Positions 38,892 through 48,413 of a DNA stretch of 64,000 nt are shown in pieces. A program made the translations under genes and the position numbers. Position 1 is the first letter of the stretch. Each line of letters opens with the position of its first letter. Source of the stretch: a virus (lineage: Duplodnaviria; Caudoviricetes); IMG/VR virus record IMGVR_UViG_3300028805_000056, positions 84,552 through 148,551 of that record. One strand, given 5' to 3'. Under the pieces are notes generated by a model. The model worked only from the letters and a program-made list of their open reading frames with translations. It searched no databases and was not told where the DNA came from.

Positions 38892-39362
38892 ATGACACAA
38901 GAAGAAAAAGAACTATTACTGAAGTACCTTTGTATGGCATTGCCTTATGGGGTAATCGTTGACTACAAGGAAAATGAATTTGAATTACCACATTGGAAAA
39001 TAACAACCATTCATCCAGAAACATTGAGTGGTTGGATTGGTTATGACAAGAGAGTCGGAGCAGGTTCTGAAAGTGGTAGCAGACATTTTAAGATTGGGGA
39101 TGTGAAACCCTATCTCCGTCCAATGTCAAGTATGACTGAGGAAGAGAAGGAGGAAATGCACAATCTATTATCTCCTGAAGGAACCGCAATTTATGGCTAT
39201 GATGGAATTAGTATGCCAATGAATCATTATGGTGAGTTTGTTTCTTATGAGTTTATGAATCGCATCATTCAATATCTTCTTAAAAATCACTTCGACTTCA
39301 TGGGTTTAATCCCTAAAGATTTGGCTATTGAAGTAACTGAAAGTAATAATCCCTATAAGTAA
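38892..39362 (+). CDS. paralog family A protein
   Basis: Family A anchors; ATG at 38892. Confidence 0.9.
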   Translation: MTQEEKELLLKYLCMALPYGVIVDYKENEFELPHWKITTIHPETLSGWIGYDKRVGAGSESGSRHFKIGDVKPYLRPMSSMTEEEKEEMHNLLSPEGTAIYGYDGISMPMNHYGEFVSYEFMNRIIQYLLKNHFDFMGLIPKDLAIEVTESNNPYK

Positions 39363-39366
39363 AGTT

Positions 39367-39561
39367 ATGACATATATACCTGAAAGTAAAATAAAATCAT
39401 ACATAGAATATTGTAAAGATAAAACATTTAATGTAGTATGTGATTGCGGAGATATAGTAGAGGTAAGTCTTACACCGTATTTCTATGATGAGAAAGAAAA
39501 TGATGTATATTTCGCATCATTGTGCCCTAAATGTGGAAAATTGATAATTACTAAAGAATAA
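39367..39561 (+). CDS. small zinc-ribbon protein
   Basis: CDCG ... CPKCG. Confidence 0.7.
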   Translation: MTYIPESKIKSYIEYCKDKTFNVVCDCGDIVEVSLTPYFYDEKENDVYFASLCPKCGKLIITKE

Positions 39562-39749
39562 AGTTATGTCAAAGATTAAATGTATATTATGTGACGGACG
39601 CAAAGAAGCAACGGAGGCTTTAAATGAGTTAAAGGAAAAAGGTCACAATTTATCAATGAATTTGCTATCAATCACACAAGATGGAATGTGTTATACCATA
39701 TTCTATAACGATGTGTTTGACGGAAGAGGTAATGGAAATTTATAAAATT

Positions 39750-40151
39750 ATGAACAAGATTTGTACCTCATTAGAACAATCCAAGAAACTCATAGAGTTA
39801 GGAATTGATGTTAAAACTGCTGATATGTGTTGGACTAATCATTTATTCAATGCATTTCTTTCAAGTTGGAGAATTGAAAGTACTCCACCACAAGAATATA
39901 AGAATCTTTTAGATAGGTTTGTAGTAAGAGGTTATCTTATAGAACCCGCATGGAGTCTTACGGCATTAGAACAATTGATGCCCAAAATTGGAGCACACGA
40001 ACCAATGCTGCGTAAGCTGTATTACATAAGTGAACCAACAGAGAGATATATTTGCCAATATAGTTTAACTGACATGACGAGTGAATACGACAATCCTGTT
40101 GATGCTTGTTATGAAATGGTTTGTTTTTTAAAAGAAAACGGAAAGATATGA
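39750..40151 (+). CDS. paralog family D protein
   Basis: KICT..EQSKKL.ELGID..TADM / PAWSL.AL / DA..EMV..LKENGKI. Confidence 0.85.
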   Translation: MNKICTSLEQSKKLIELGIDVKTADMCWTNHLFNAFLSSWRIESTPPQEYKNLLDRFVVRGYLIEPAWSLTALEQLMPKIGAHEPMLRKLYYISEPTERYICQYSLTDMTSEYDNPVDACYEMVCFLKENGKI

Positions 40152-40486
40152 AACTGATTGACAAAGATAGAGTAATGACAATACTATCAAATAAGATAGC
40201 AGATATAGAACTTGACATGAAGTGTGGCTTTCTTAAGAAAAGGAAAGGAGTTAATAATATACTTGTCCTTAAACATATTATTTCTCTCATTGATACAATT
40301 GAGGTGAAAGATGTTGACTTAGGGGATATTATAGACACATATATAAATAACCATTATAGTGAAGGATGTGATAAAGGTATGATAAGTGACGCAAATAGGG
40401 ATATAGGCGGTGTTACTTATTTTGATCTTATGGACATTGCCAAACATTTCTTTGAATTAGGCATTAAAGCACAGAAAGGAGAATAA
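40148..40486 (+). CDS. paralog family C protein
   Basis: MKLIDKD / DTIEVKDVDL / AKHFFELGIKAQKGE. Confidence 0.85.
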   Translation: MKLIDKDRVMTILSNKIADIELDMKCGFLKKRKGVNNILVLKHIISLIDTIEVKDVDLGDIIDTYINNHYSEGCDKGMISDANRDIGGVTYFDLMDIAKHFFELGIKAQKGE

Positions 40487-40487
40487 T

Positions 40488-40799
40488 ATGAAGGTACATT
40501 ATACATCGGATGGAATATTAGCAAATACAAAGTGTCCTTATGGGCATAAATCTGGCTTGATCACTACAAAGGTTGGTTCAATTGATTGCCACCGCCATTG
40601 CAAATTTTACCGTTCTACAAATTATAAGGAAAAGTATGTAGTTTGTATGGGTGATTGCTCTTCACAACTTGAAGAAATCCTTGACAAGATAGACGTTATT
40701 ATAGCAAATGATAAGTTTGATGATATATGCTTTGAGGATTTTCTTGCAGAAATTAGAGAAGATATTGCATCAGTATTGGATAATATCGAAAATAAATAG
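40488..40799 (+). CDS. Cys-rich hypothetical protein
   Basis: CPYG, KVGS.DC...CKFY. Confidence 0.65.
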   Translation: MKVHYTSDGILANTKCPYGHKSGLITTKVGSIDCHRHCKFYRSTNYKEKYVVCMGDCSSQLEEILDKIDVIIANDKFDDICFEDFLAEIREDIASVLDNIENK

Positions 40800-40803
40800 A
40801 GTT

Positions 40804-41055
40804 ATGGAAACGCACTATATAGACAAATCCGCTATAAAACAAAAAGTTCAAGAAAAGTTACTTGATGCTTGTACAAGACATTATGAGGCAGAAATGGCGT
40901 TATGTGAAATCGCCGCGCCACAATCATGGAAAGATGAAGCAAAGGCGGCATGGGAGGAATTTGTTTGGAGATATCAAGACTATGAGTTAGTTTTTAAATA
41001 TGATATGGATATAACGAAAGATGACTTAAATTATGACGATTATGAAACTGATTGA
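40804..41055 (+). CDS. hypothetical protein
   Basis: METHYIDK... Confidence 0.6.
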   Translation: METHYIDKSAIKQKVQEKLLDACTRHYEAEMALCEIAAPQSWKDEAKAAWEEFVWRYQDYELVFKYDMDITKDDLNYDDYETD

Positions 41056-41440
41056 TAAAGATGCTTTAAGAACGGAAATAGAGAGAAGAATTTCAACATA
41101 TAAACGTCACTATGAAGAGTTAGTACGTTATGAAGTATGGAATGATGCTAAAAAAATAGAACCAAAGATTAATGAATTGGAAAATTTACTTTCTTTTATT
41201 AACACCATTGAAGTAAAAGAGGTGGAAACTTGGCATTTACAAGAAAAAGAAGATATATATGATGCAGTTAAAGATTGGGGTCTTTACAAATTTGTATGTA
41301 TAATGAAAGATGGAACTATCCAAAGATTTAATGGATGCCTTGATGAAGATTGTGAAGGGCATATTAATGTACATATAAATGGAATTAATGATGATTATGA
41401 TGATGTTGATGACATTGTAAAATGGATAGAAATCACTTAA
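41042..41440 (+). CDS. chimeric family C protein
   Basis: Family C N-half to INTIEVKEV, unrelated C-half; out-of-frame family C tail follows the stop. Confidence 0.8.
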   Translation: MKLIDKDALRTEIERRISTYKRHYEELVRYEVWNDAKKIEPKINELENLLSFINTIEVKEVETWHLQEKEDIYDAVKDWGLYKFVCIMKDGTIQRFNGCLDEDCEGHINVHINGINDDYDDVDDIVKWIEIT

Positions 41441-41563
41441 AGTACAAAAAGGAGAATAGTATTATGGAAAAATATAATAAAAATGATGACAATTGGGTGG
41501 TTGATTATCGATTTTATCCTGAACAAGGATATTGTAGAAGTTGGCTAACTAATAAAAAGGAAA

Positions 41564-41722
41564 ATGAATACAGATAAACTTTTAGAAATATTGCTCGAAG
41601 CAATAGATTATTCCTTTCTTCAAACTAATGGTGATTATGACAAGTCTTTGACTTATCCTGTTATCGACAAAGTTAAGTATATAAAAGAGAAACTAAAAAA
41701 CAAGGAAGTAAAAGGAGAATAA
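41564..41722 (+). CDS. small hypothetical protein (52 aa) ending KGE
   Basis: MNTDKLLEILLEAID...KEVKGE. Confidence 0.55.
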   Translation: MNTDKLLEILLEAIDYSFLQTNGDYDKSLTYPVIDKVKYIKEKLKNKEVKGE

Positions 41723-41726
41723 AATT

Positions 41727-43031
41727 ATGACACAAAGAGAAGAAATACCCAAAACAAATGTAGAAATTAAGGTAGGTGGTCTCATTAAGAATGAACTAAA
41801 ACCAAGCAATCCTTTGTCCAAGGAGTTGTTTAAGGATATGAAATCCATTGGTATCAACTACGTCATTACAAGTTATATCCAAGACAGAAAAGGTTCCGAT
41901 AACCTTAACAGCCTACTTGAAACCTTAAGTAATGCGGACGAGGTTGGAATTGACGTTATTACAAGTTTCAGAGTTCTATCTAAGACCGAAAGCGACAAGG
42001 ATGTAATCAGAAATAGGGAAAAGGAATATTGGTGGTATGCCGATAATTTTTCTGAGGATAAACTCAAATTGGCAATAGAACATCCGTCATTCAAGGGTGT
42101 GTTCATCGACGAACCGAACGACAAGGATGAAACATATGAAAATCTTAAGAATTTATATGATATCTTCAAGAAATATAATGTTAAGGTGGACATAAACCTG
42201 TTCCCTAATTATACCAGTATGTTCACCGCAGACAACAACAAGTGGAATACAGGTAGGAATTTCAAGGAATATGTCGAGAGATATGCCCAAATAAGCGATA
42301 CAATCGGTGTTGATTTTTATCCTATCAATTATTCCACCGATTACTACATTGCAGGTTCAAAACTAAAGGCTTGGGCTGAGTGTCTTGAAACACTCTTGCA
42401 ATTGCATCACAAATACCCAGAGAAAGACTACAAGGTGTTTATACAGACAAGCAAACACACATCTTATGGGGCATTGACCGACACATCATACCTAATTCAA
42501 ACGTATGGCGACCTAATAGGCGGTTGCCGTGATGTGAGGTATTTTTGTCTGACAGACAATGATGTCAAGGAGGGTATTGCTGCTTTCGAATGTTCCCCTT
42601 ATACAAGTGACCATACGGGATACCAACATGGTGAAACCTATAACATCGTGAAACTGATAAATCAGTCAACTGATTTTAAGACATTCAGAGATAATATCGG
42701 GAAAAGATATATTGATCACGTCGACATTTACAAGGAAGACGCGCCGATATTGGGAACAATCACAAACTTCACTGAATTGGTTAGGACAAGCACCGGCAAC
42801 ATAATGGTTTCTGTCGGCTATGATAAGGAGAATACATATTGTCATATCCTGAACATAGACCCAAATAGGGAAGCAGTAATTACGGACTTCTATGGCACAA
42901 CGGAAACATTGCTGCCCGGTATGAGAATGACCGTAACGAAAAAGATTGGCGGGAATGATAGTGAAGAAACACAAAAGAAACCGAATATTTTCAAGAGAAT
43001 TTGGAATTGGATTAAAAACATTTTTAAATAA
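41727..43031 (+). CDS. putative TIM-barrel glycoside hydrolase-like protein
   Basis: HPSFKGVFIDEP, INLFP, VDFYP; paralog of 53978..55471; C-terminal amphipathic IFKRIWNWIKNIFK. Confidence 0.6.
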   Translation: MTQREEIPKTNVEIKVGGLIKNELKPSNPLSKELFKDMKSIGINYVITSYIQDRKGSDNLNSLLETLSNADEVGIDVITSFRVLSKTESDKDVIRNREKEYWWYADNFSEDKLKLAIEHPSFKGVFIDEPNDKDETYENLKNLYDIFKKYNVKVDINLFPNYTSMFTADNNKWNTGRNFKEYVERYAQISDTIGVDFYPINYSTDYYIAGSKLKAWAECLETLLQLHHKYPEKDYKVFIQTSKHTSYGALTDTSYLIQTYGDLIGGCRDVRYFCLTDNDVKEGIAAFECSPYTSDHTGYQHGETYNIVKLINQSTDFKTFRDNIGKRYIDHVDIYKEDAPILGTITNFTELVRTSTGNIMVSVGYDKENTYCHILNIDPNREAVITDFYGTTETLLPGMRMTVTKKIGGNDSEETQKKPNIFKRIWNWIKNIFK

Positions 43032-43042
43032 AAAAAAAAGAT

Positions 43043-43279
43043 ATGGATATACTATTATTTTGGATTTTTGGATGGGTTTTGTTTTTTGTCGGATATATCA
43101 TCTATAACAAATATATAGACGGACATAATGAGCCAATTACGAAGTTGATGGTCTATGAAGGAATAAAATATGGAATGTGGTCATGGATTGGCATTGTAAT
43201 AATGGTCGTATTCTTTATCATTATGCTCATTACCGCAATTGACGAATGGTTAACCGAAAAACTTAGTAAAAATAAATGA
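43043..43279 (+). CDS. small membrane protein
   Basis: Two TM segments. Confidence 0.7.
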   Translation: MDILLFWIFGWVLFFVGYIIYNKYIDGHNEPITKLMVYEGIKYGMWSWIGIVIMVVFFIIMLITAIDEWLTEKLSKNK

Positions 43280-43284
43280 GAGAT

Positions 43285-43560
43285 ATGAAGAAACTGTTTT
43301 TTATTTTAATGGCTTTTATAGCCATTGCACTCGTATCTTGTTGTGCGCCTGAAAATATGGATGAGAATTGTGATGATGTCACAATTATCCGTCGTAATAG
43401 CGACAATGTTGAATATGTTCTGATTAAAGACTGGTTCGATTTTAAATATGAAAAGATTGTAATAGAGGGACACGACTATTATTTCAGGGGATGGTGCACA
43501 AGAGGCGGACATGGTTCAGATTTGGTTCACAATCCAAACTGTAGACAATGCAAGAAATGA
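43285..43560 (+). CDS. putative lipoprotein
   Basis: MKKLFFILMAFIAIALVSC lipobox; HNPNC..C tail. Confidence 0.65.
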   Translation: MKKLFFILMAFIAIALVSCCAPENMDENCDDVTIIRRNSDNVEYVLIKDWFDFKYEKIVIEGHDYYFRGWCTRGGHGSDLVHNPNCRQCKK

Positions 43561-43565
43561 TTTGT

Positions 43566-44351
43566 TTAGAGAATGTCCTTGAACACCTCATTGACATTAA
43601 TTGAATTATTTTGGTATCCCCTATAGTTTTCCCTATTTGATTGTTCGGACAATAGATATTCACATCCGCGACAGCACTTTCTGTTCTCTTCGGACAATCT
43701 TTGACCGAAAATCTTCCGTCTTTCAACAAAATAATCCTCACACAAACCCTTGTTTATATGGAATTCGATTATCTTGTCTGAAATGTATACTGATGAATTT
43801 GGCTTTGGGTGACAAGTGTGGGCACCCATTCCAAAATCAATTTCATCGATATTGTTTGGATCAAATAGAAGAAACTTGCCATAATCCCTGTAATCAAAAA
43901 AGTAGTTGATGAGTTGTTTGTAAAACTTATCACCTTGAGTATGCAGGAGTTTATTCGGGTCATAAGAAGGTCTCTTGTCAAAACACAACATATACCAAGG
44001 ACAAACCATTGTGTTGTAGTTATTATTCTTCATATAGGACAACTCCTCTTCAAGATAGTTTGAGAAAATAATCTCATCCATGTCACAGACGATTACCCAA
44101 TCAGCCTTACCCTTTGATTCCTTCCATGCGTTGTTCTTTATGTCAAGGTATGCCAAATCGTCAATCTCACCACCGGTGTCATAATGCCTCACCTCAATCC
44201 AATCATATTGGCTAAGGAACTCTATGCTGCCATCAGTTGAGCCGTTGTCATAAACAACGGCTCGTGCTATATTCAATCTCTTCCAATAATCGATTACAAA
44301 CGGAAGAATGTCGATTTCATTCCAACATAAAGTATATAAATGTATCGTCAT
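43566..44351 (-). CDS. glycosyltransferase family 2
   Basis: LCWNE..ILPF, YDNGSTDGS, WVIVCDMDE. Confidence 0.85.
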   Translation of the reverse strand: MTIHLYTLCWNEIDILPFVIDYWKRLNIARAVVYDNGSTDGSIEFLSQYDWIEVRHYDTGGEIDDLAYLDIKNNAWKESKGKADWVIVCDMDEIIFSNYLEEELSYMKNNNYNTMVCPWYMLCFDKRPSYDPNKLLHTQGDKFYKQLINYFFDYRDYGKFLLFDPNNIDEIDFGMGAHTCHPKPNSSVYISDKIIEFHINKGLCEDYFVERRKIFGQRLSEENRKCCRGCEYLLSEQSNRENYRGYQNNSINVNEVFKDIL

Positions 44352-44358
44352 ATTTCTT

Positions 44359-45279
44359 TTACCTGTCTCTTTCAGGAACGTAGAACATACAAACAACACC
44401 GCTTTCATTATCGCCACCTAAGCCAACGTAATGGTATTTCGGCTGTGTAAGTACGCCTCTCTCTATGAATTTGTTTAAGTATGTTATTTTTGTTAATTCC
44501 CCTGCTTGAATTAGGAAATTTATTAGATATTTTGACGGCACTTTCTGAATTGCAACACTTGGTTTTACTCCAAATTGTGGACTTTTAATGTCTTTTGTCA
44601 GTTTATTTACCATTTGCATATTCATCTTTGCAGGAAGGTATATTTCACCGTTCTCAGTAAAAGGTATGAGATTATCATAACAAGTTTGGCTTAGTTTTTG
44701 ATACTCCTCCTCGTTCTTGTCTTCAGGAGTAAGAGTGATATGTGGAAGTTTTCCTTCAGGATCACCATTGGCGATGATATCCTTTAATGAATCTTTGAAC
44801 AGTTTATCTTGGGCTTCGTAACCTTCCTTCCTGTCAATTTCTTCCTTTGCCTCTTTGCCTACAACACCGCGTTTCTTGTGTGCGGCTGCTGTCTCATCCG
44901 GTTTTTTCAGGAGAAAACCTTTGCCTTGTTCTTTCATACGTTTAGCAATTTTACCTCCTTGTGATCCAACAAGTTTGGATATTGCATTATTTATTAAGAA
45001 TTTTGGTGTAATGCCGGGATATTCGTTCTCGATTTCCTCATATGTCATTGGAGTATCGATATCGATGTTATAACCATTGGCAAATTGATCAAGGTACAAT
45101 TCTCTCATTGTACACTCCTCACCACTATCAATCCAATCTTCAATCTTTTCCTTCAATTCATCTTTTGTGATTTCAGGTGCGTTTGCAACGGGCTTATTGA
45201 ATTGCATACCTTCACTTATGAGCATACTCTTTACATATTGTTTGAACTGACCCTCGGTCAATATGATATTTTTTCCCAT
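44359..45279 (-). CDS. hypothetical protein with N-terminal propeptide-like motif
   Basis: MGKNIILTEGQFKQYVKSMLISE; TATTTATA on minus strand at 45302..45309. Confidence 0.75.
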   Translation of the reverse strand: MGKNIILTEGQFKQYVKSMLISEGMQFNKPVANAPEITKDELKEKIEDWIDSGEECTMRELYLDQFANGYNIDIDTPMTYEEIENEYPGITPKFLINNAISKLVGSQGGKIAKRMKEQGKGFLLKKPDETAAAHKKRGVVGKEAKEEIDRKEGYEAQDKLFKDSLKDIIANGDPEGKLPHITLTPEDKNEEEYQKLSQTCYDNLIPFTENGEIYLPAKMNMQMVNKLTKDIKSPQFGVKPSVAIQKVPSKYLINFLIQAGELTKITYLNKFIERGVLTQPKYHYVGLGGDNESGVVCMFYVPERDR

Positions 45280-45460
45280 AATTTTCATTTAAATTATATA
45301 CTATAAATATAAGCATATCTATCAAAATATCAAGGAAAAACCAATAAAATGCGGGGGTTTAATCAATTATTGATTGTGTTTTTAAAATGAACAAAACGAT
45401 TTGGTCCGGTATTTATGTATAGTGTGGACCTCATAACGATTTAAATAAATACTAGCGAGT

Positions 45461-45991
45461 ATGGTAGATAAATCAAAGCAAAAGAAACATTATTACAAAC
45501 ACATCAGGGATGAGAAACCCAAGAAAAAGTCTCACAAAGAAAGAAAGGAGAATGAAATAACAGAGAAGCAGAAGGAAGAAATCATCAGGAAGAATCTAAG
45601 GTACTTCAAGGTTTACACCGCAGAGAACATAGATGAAGCCAAGTCGGAAGAAGTCAAGGAGACCTTCAAGAAACTAACGGATATGGCAAACGACCTGCTT
45701 AAAAGCCCGACAAGGGGTGAGGAACAGATGAAGGAGATACTTGAAAGCAAGAACATTGAATTCATACAGCAATATCCGATAGTTGACACTCACAAACACA
45801 GGTACATAATTGACTTCTATTTACCGAAACACAAGAAATACATAGAGATAGACGGCGGGTATCACGATAAACCCGAACAAATAAAGAGAGACAAGAAAAA
45901 GGAGAATATACTTAATGCTACAGGGAGAAAACTTATAAGATATACAAATGACGAGGTAAGGAAAATGTATCTCGAACTTTTGGGGAGTTAA
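45461..45991 (+). CDS. Vsr/DUF559-like endonuclease
   Basis: PTRGE, F.QQYPI, YIIDFY, IEIDGGYH, D..K, IRYTN. Confidence 0.85.
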   Translation: MVDKSKQKKHYYKHIRDEKPKKKSHKERKENEITEKQKEEIIRKNLRYFKVYTAENIDEAKSEEVKETFKKLTDMANDLLKSPTRGEEQMKEILESKNIEFIQQYPIVDTHKHRYIIDFYLPKHKKYIEIDGGYHDKPEQIKRDKKKENILNATGRKLIRYTNDEVRKMYLELLGS

Positions 45992-46002
45992 AAATAATTT
46001 GG

Positions 46003-46031
46003 AATGCGGTTAGAAATAGCCGCATTTTTTT
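46003..46031 (+). terminator. intrinsic terminator
   Basis: AATGCGGTTA/TAGCCGCATT stem plus T-run. Confidence 0.75.
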
Positions 46032-46057
46032 GTATATTTGTAAAAAACGTATTGGAA

Positions 46058-46375
46058 ATGTTAACTACAGATGAATTGTTGAAGAAACTGCCTTCACATA
46101 TTGGAAGAAACCAACTGAAGGATGAAAATGGGGAAACCATTGCTTATGTGTCCGACAATAAGGACGGTGGTGACATTGGTTGGCTATATCTGCATAATGA
46201 CGGAAGGGATTGGCGTGCCTCCTACGGAATAGAGGGGAAGTTTGTTTGTATGAACCCAGATGTTGAAGAACCGCCATACGACAATGCATTTGCTTATGGT
46301 AATACACCAAATGAGGCTTTGCAGAAATTATATGATTGGTGTGTTGATCACAATTTTATAAAAAAAGATGGTTAA
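46058..46375 (+). CDS. hypothetical protein
   Basis: ATG after TATATTTG at 46033. Confidence 0.7.
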   Translation: MLTTDELLKKLPSHIGRNQLKDENGETIAYVSDNKDGGDIGWLYLHNDGRDWRASYGIEGKFVCMNPDVEEPPYDNAFAYGNTPNEALQKLYDWCVDHNFIKKDG

Positions 46376-46378
46376 AAA

Positions 46379-46410
46379 TTTGGCCAATTGGAAAAATTGT
46401 CGTACCTTTG
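46379..46410 (+). promoter_or_regulatory. class I sigma-A promoter
   Basis: TTTG-N20-TACCTTTG. Confidence 0.85.
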
Positions 46411-46422
46411 CATCGTGAATGA

Positions 46423-46456
46423 AATGAAGGCTGTGTTTGTCAGCCGAAAACAAAAA
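46423..46456 (+). repeat. 34-nt leader hairpin element, copy 2
   Basis: AATGAAGGCTGTGTTTGTCAGCCGAAAACAAAAA. Confidence 0.85.
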
Positions 46457-46467
46457 GAATAAAAGAT

Positions 46468-46656
46468 ATGGCATACATTAAGAATAATACTTATGAAATT
46501 GGAGATTGGGTACTTACAACAAGAGTTCATGAATCAATGGTTGGTAAATTTACAAGGGGAAGTCTGGTAAAAATCACTGATATAGACCCAATTCGAGGAT
46601 ATACCATTGAAGATGAGGATGGGAATAGAGTTTGTGAAATTGGTTGGATAATTTAA
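46468..46656 (+). CDS. small SH3/KOW-like hypothetical protein
   Basis: YEIGDWV...G..VKI pattern. Confidence 0.55.
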   Translation: MAYIKNNTYEIGDWVLTTRVHESMVGKFTRGSLVKITDIDPIRGYTIEDEDGNRVCEIGWII

Positions 46657-46671
46657 ATTAAAAAATAAGTT

Positions 46672-47106
46672 ATGAATAAGATTTGCACGGACATAGAACA
46701 ATCCAAGAAACTATTAGAACTTGGGATTGATGTAAATACTGCTGATATGTTTTATTTAAGGGCAGATATTGCACTTGGAGAAATTGAATGTTATCCCAAT
46801 GTCTTGCATCGTGAAGAGGTTGGTGATGATATTCCTGCTTGGAGTCTTTCTGCTTTATTGAAATTTATAAAAAGTGAGATTTATGGGGAAACTATCTATG
46901 GTGATACCATAACATACGAGGTTGATTTCCGCAAATACAAATTAACAGATGATGTTGACTTGTATCAAATTGCATATGGCAGCATAAAATTTGACGTAGA
47001 TGGTCAGCATTCATTTAAGGATATGGTTAATACCGGTCAGAAAGAAAACCCTATTGATGCGGCTTTTCAAATGGTAGTTTGGCTAAAAGAAAATGGAAAG
47101 ATATGA
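46672..47106 (+). CDS. paralog family D protein
   Basis: Family D anchors. Confidence 0.88.
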   Translation: MNKICTDIEQSKKLLELGIDVNTADMFYLRADIALGEIECYPNVLHREEVGDDIPAWSLSALLKFIKSEIYGETIYGDTITYEVDFRKYKLTDDVDLYQIAYGSIKFDVDGQHSFKDMVNTGQKENPIDAAFQMVVWLKENGKI

Positions 47107-47253
47107 CACAAGAAGAAGCAATAAAGGAATTTTGCGAACTACATTTGAATACAGATTGGTCTGGTACACATGTAGAAACCAAATATAAATGTGAAAGTGT
47201 AGATGAATTTGTAAATAAACTTTTGAATTATATTGAAGAACATGAATAAAACT

Positions 47254-47655
47254 ATGACAGAATCATTTATTCAAAAATTAGCAGAAGAAAGGGCAGATTG
47301 TATTTTTCAGCCTGAATATTATAAGCATGTAACTGATTCTTGGTATCTTGATGAAAAGTTCCGATTTGAAGACTTGAAAGTTGGACCTGAAGGAAGAAAA
47401 CCAACTAAGAAAGAAGCAGATGTTTATATGGGATATTTGTCTGATTTATTTGAAAAATATAGAGATAAATGGTATGGTGATGTATTGGCTCAAGATTATT
47501 ATGCTAAGTGTATTGGTTTCTTTCATCAGATATTTGATACTATAGAAATTGGCAATAAGACATATTCTCAATTCAATATAGATGAAGAAACAATTAAAAA
47601 GTTAAAAGAAATTGCTAATATATTTGTAACTAAACATAACGAATTTTGTATATGA
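47254..47655 (+). CDS. hypothetical protein
   Basis: ORF in array. Confidence 0.65.
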   Translation: MTESFIQKLAEERADCIFQPEYYKHVTDSWYLDEKFRFEDLKVGPEGRKPTKKEADVYMGYLSDLFEKYRDKWYGDVLAQDYYAKCIGFFHQIFDTIEIGNKTYSQFNIDEETIKKLKEIANIFVTKHNEFCI

Positions 47656-47987
47656 AAAATGTTTTAGTACTTTTGGGTATTTTCATTGTCTTATTTAGTG
47701 GTGCAATGTATTACCAAACAACAGATGAGTTTGATGCCAAGGTCTATTCAATAAATGTACAACAAAAAATTAATGGTCTTGAATCTGGTGTTAATACAAC
47801 CTATTCATACATTGTTGGTACAGATAGAGGGGTTTATAATATTTCCCCGGATGGAATATTTGCATCAAAACATTTTGGAACCCTTGAAAAAGATAGCACA
47901 TATCATTTTTTTACAAGAGGTATATCTATCCCACTTATCGGGGTTTATCCCTATATCATAACAGCACATTCTAAGAAAGGAAAATAA
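47652..47987 (+). CDS. membrane-anchored hypothetical protein
   Basis: N-terminal TM; G..IP.IG.YP.I motif. Confidence 0.65.
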   Translation: MKNVLVLLGIFIVLFSGAMYYQTTDEFDAKVYSINVQQKINGLESGVNTTYSYIVGTDRGVYNISPDGIFASKHFGTLEKDSTYHFFTRGISIPLIGVYPYIITAHSKKGK

Positions 47988-48002
47988 CTAACGAAACAAA
48001 AT

Positions 48003-48410
48003 ATGTGCAACATTGGTCCAAGAGGGAGGCAAGGAGGCGTCCCGGAGAACATTTCCAAAATGGCGGAAAAATACCAGAAAGGCATTAAGCCGCCCTACGA
48101 CAAGGATGATATAATTTCCGCCTTTGAATGCGGCTATATGAAAGCACAATCACAAAAACCCCTAACAGATATGACAAGAAGAGAAGAGATAATACAAGCC
48201 GCTAATAATTATAAAACTCATTTTCCTGACGGTTTTATAAATGAGTTCATTTATATTGATGGTGCAGAATGGGCAGATAAAACTATGCTTGATAAGGTTT
48301 GTGAGTGGCTTAAATCATACAGACAAGATACCAATGACGGCACAGGTTACATTGCAGGTATTGTGAATGATAAGACTATTGAAGATCTTCGTAAAGCAAT
48401 GGAGGAATAA
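48003..48410 (+). CDS. paralog family F protein
   Basis: MLDKVCEWL...IEDLRKAMEE shared with 61960..62154. Confidence 0.75.
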   Translation: MCNIGPRGRQGGVPENISKMAEKYQKGIKPPYDKDDIISAFECGYMKAQSQKPLTDMTRREEIIQAANNYKTHFPDGFINEFIYIDGAEWADKTMLDKVCEWLKSYRQDTNDGTGYIAGIVNDKTIEDLRKAMEE

Positions 48411-48413
48411 GTT

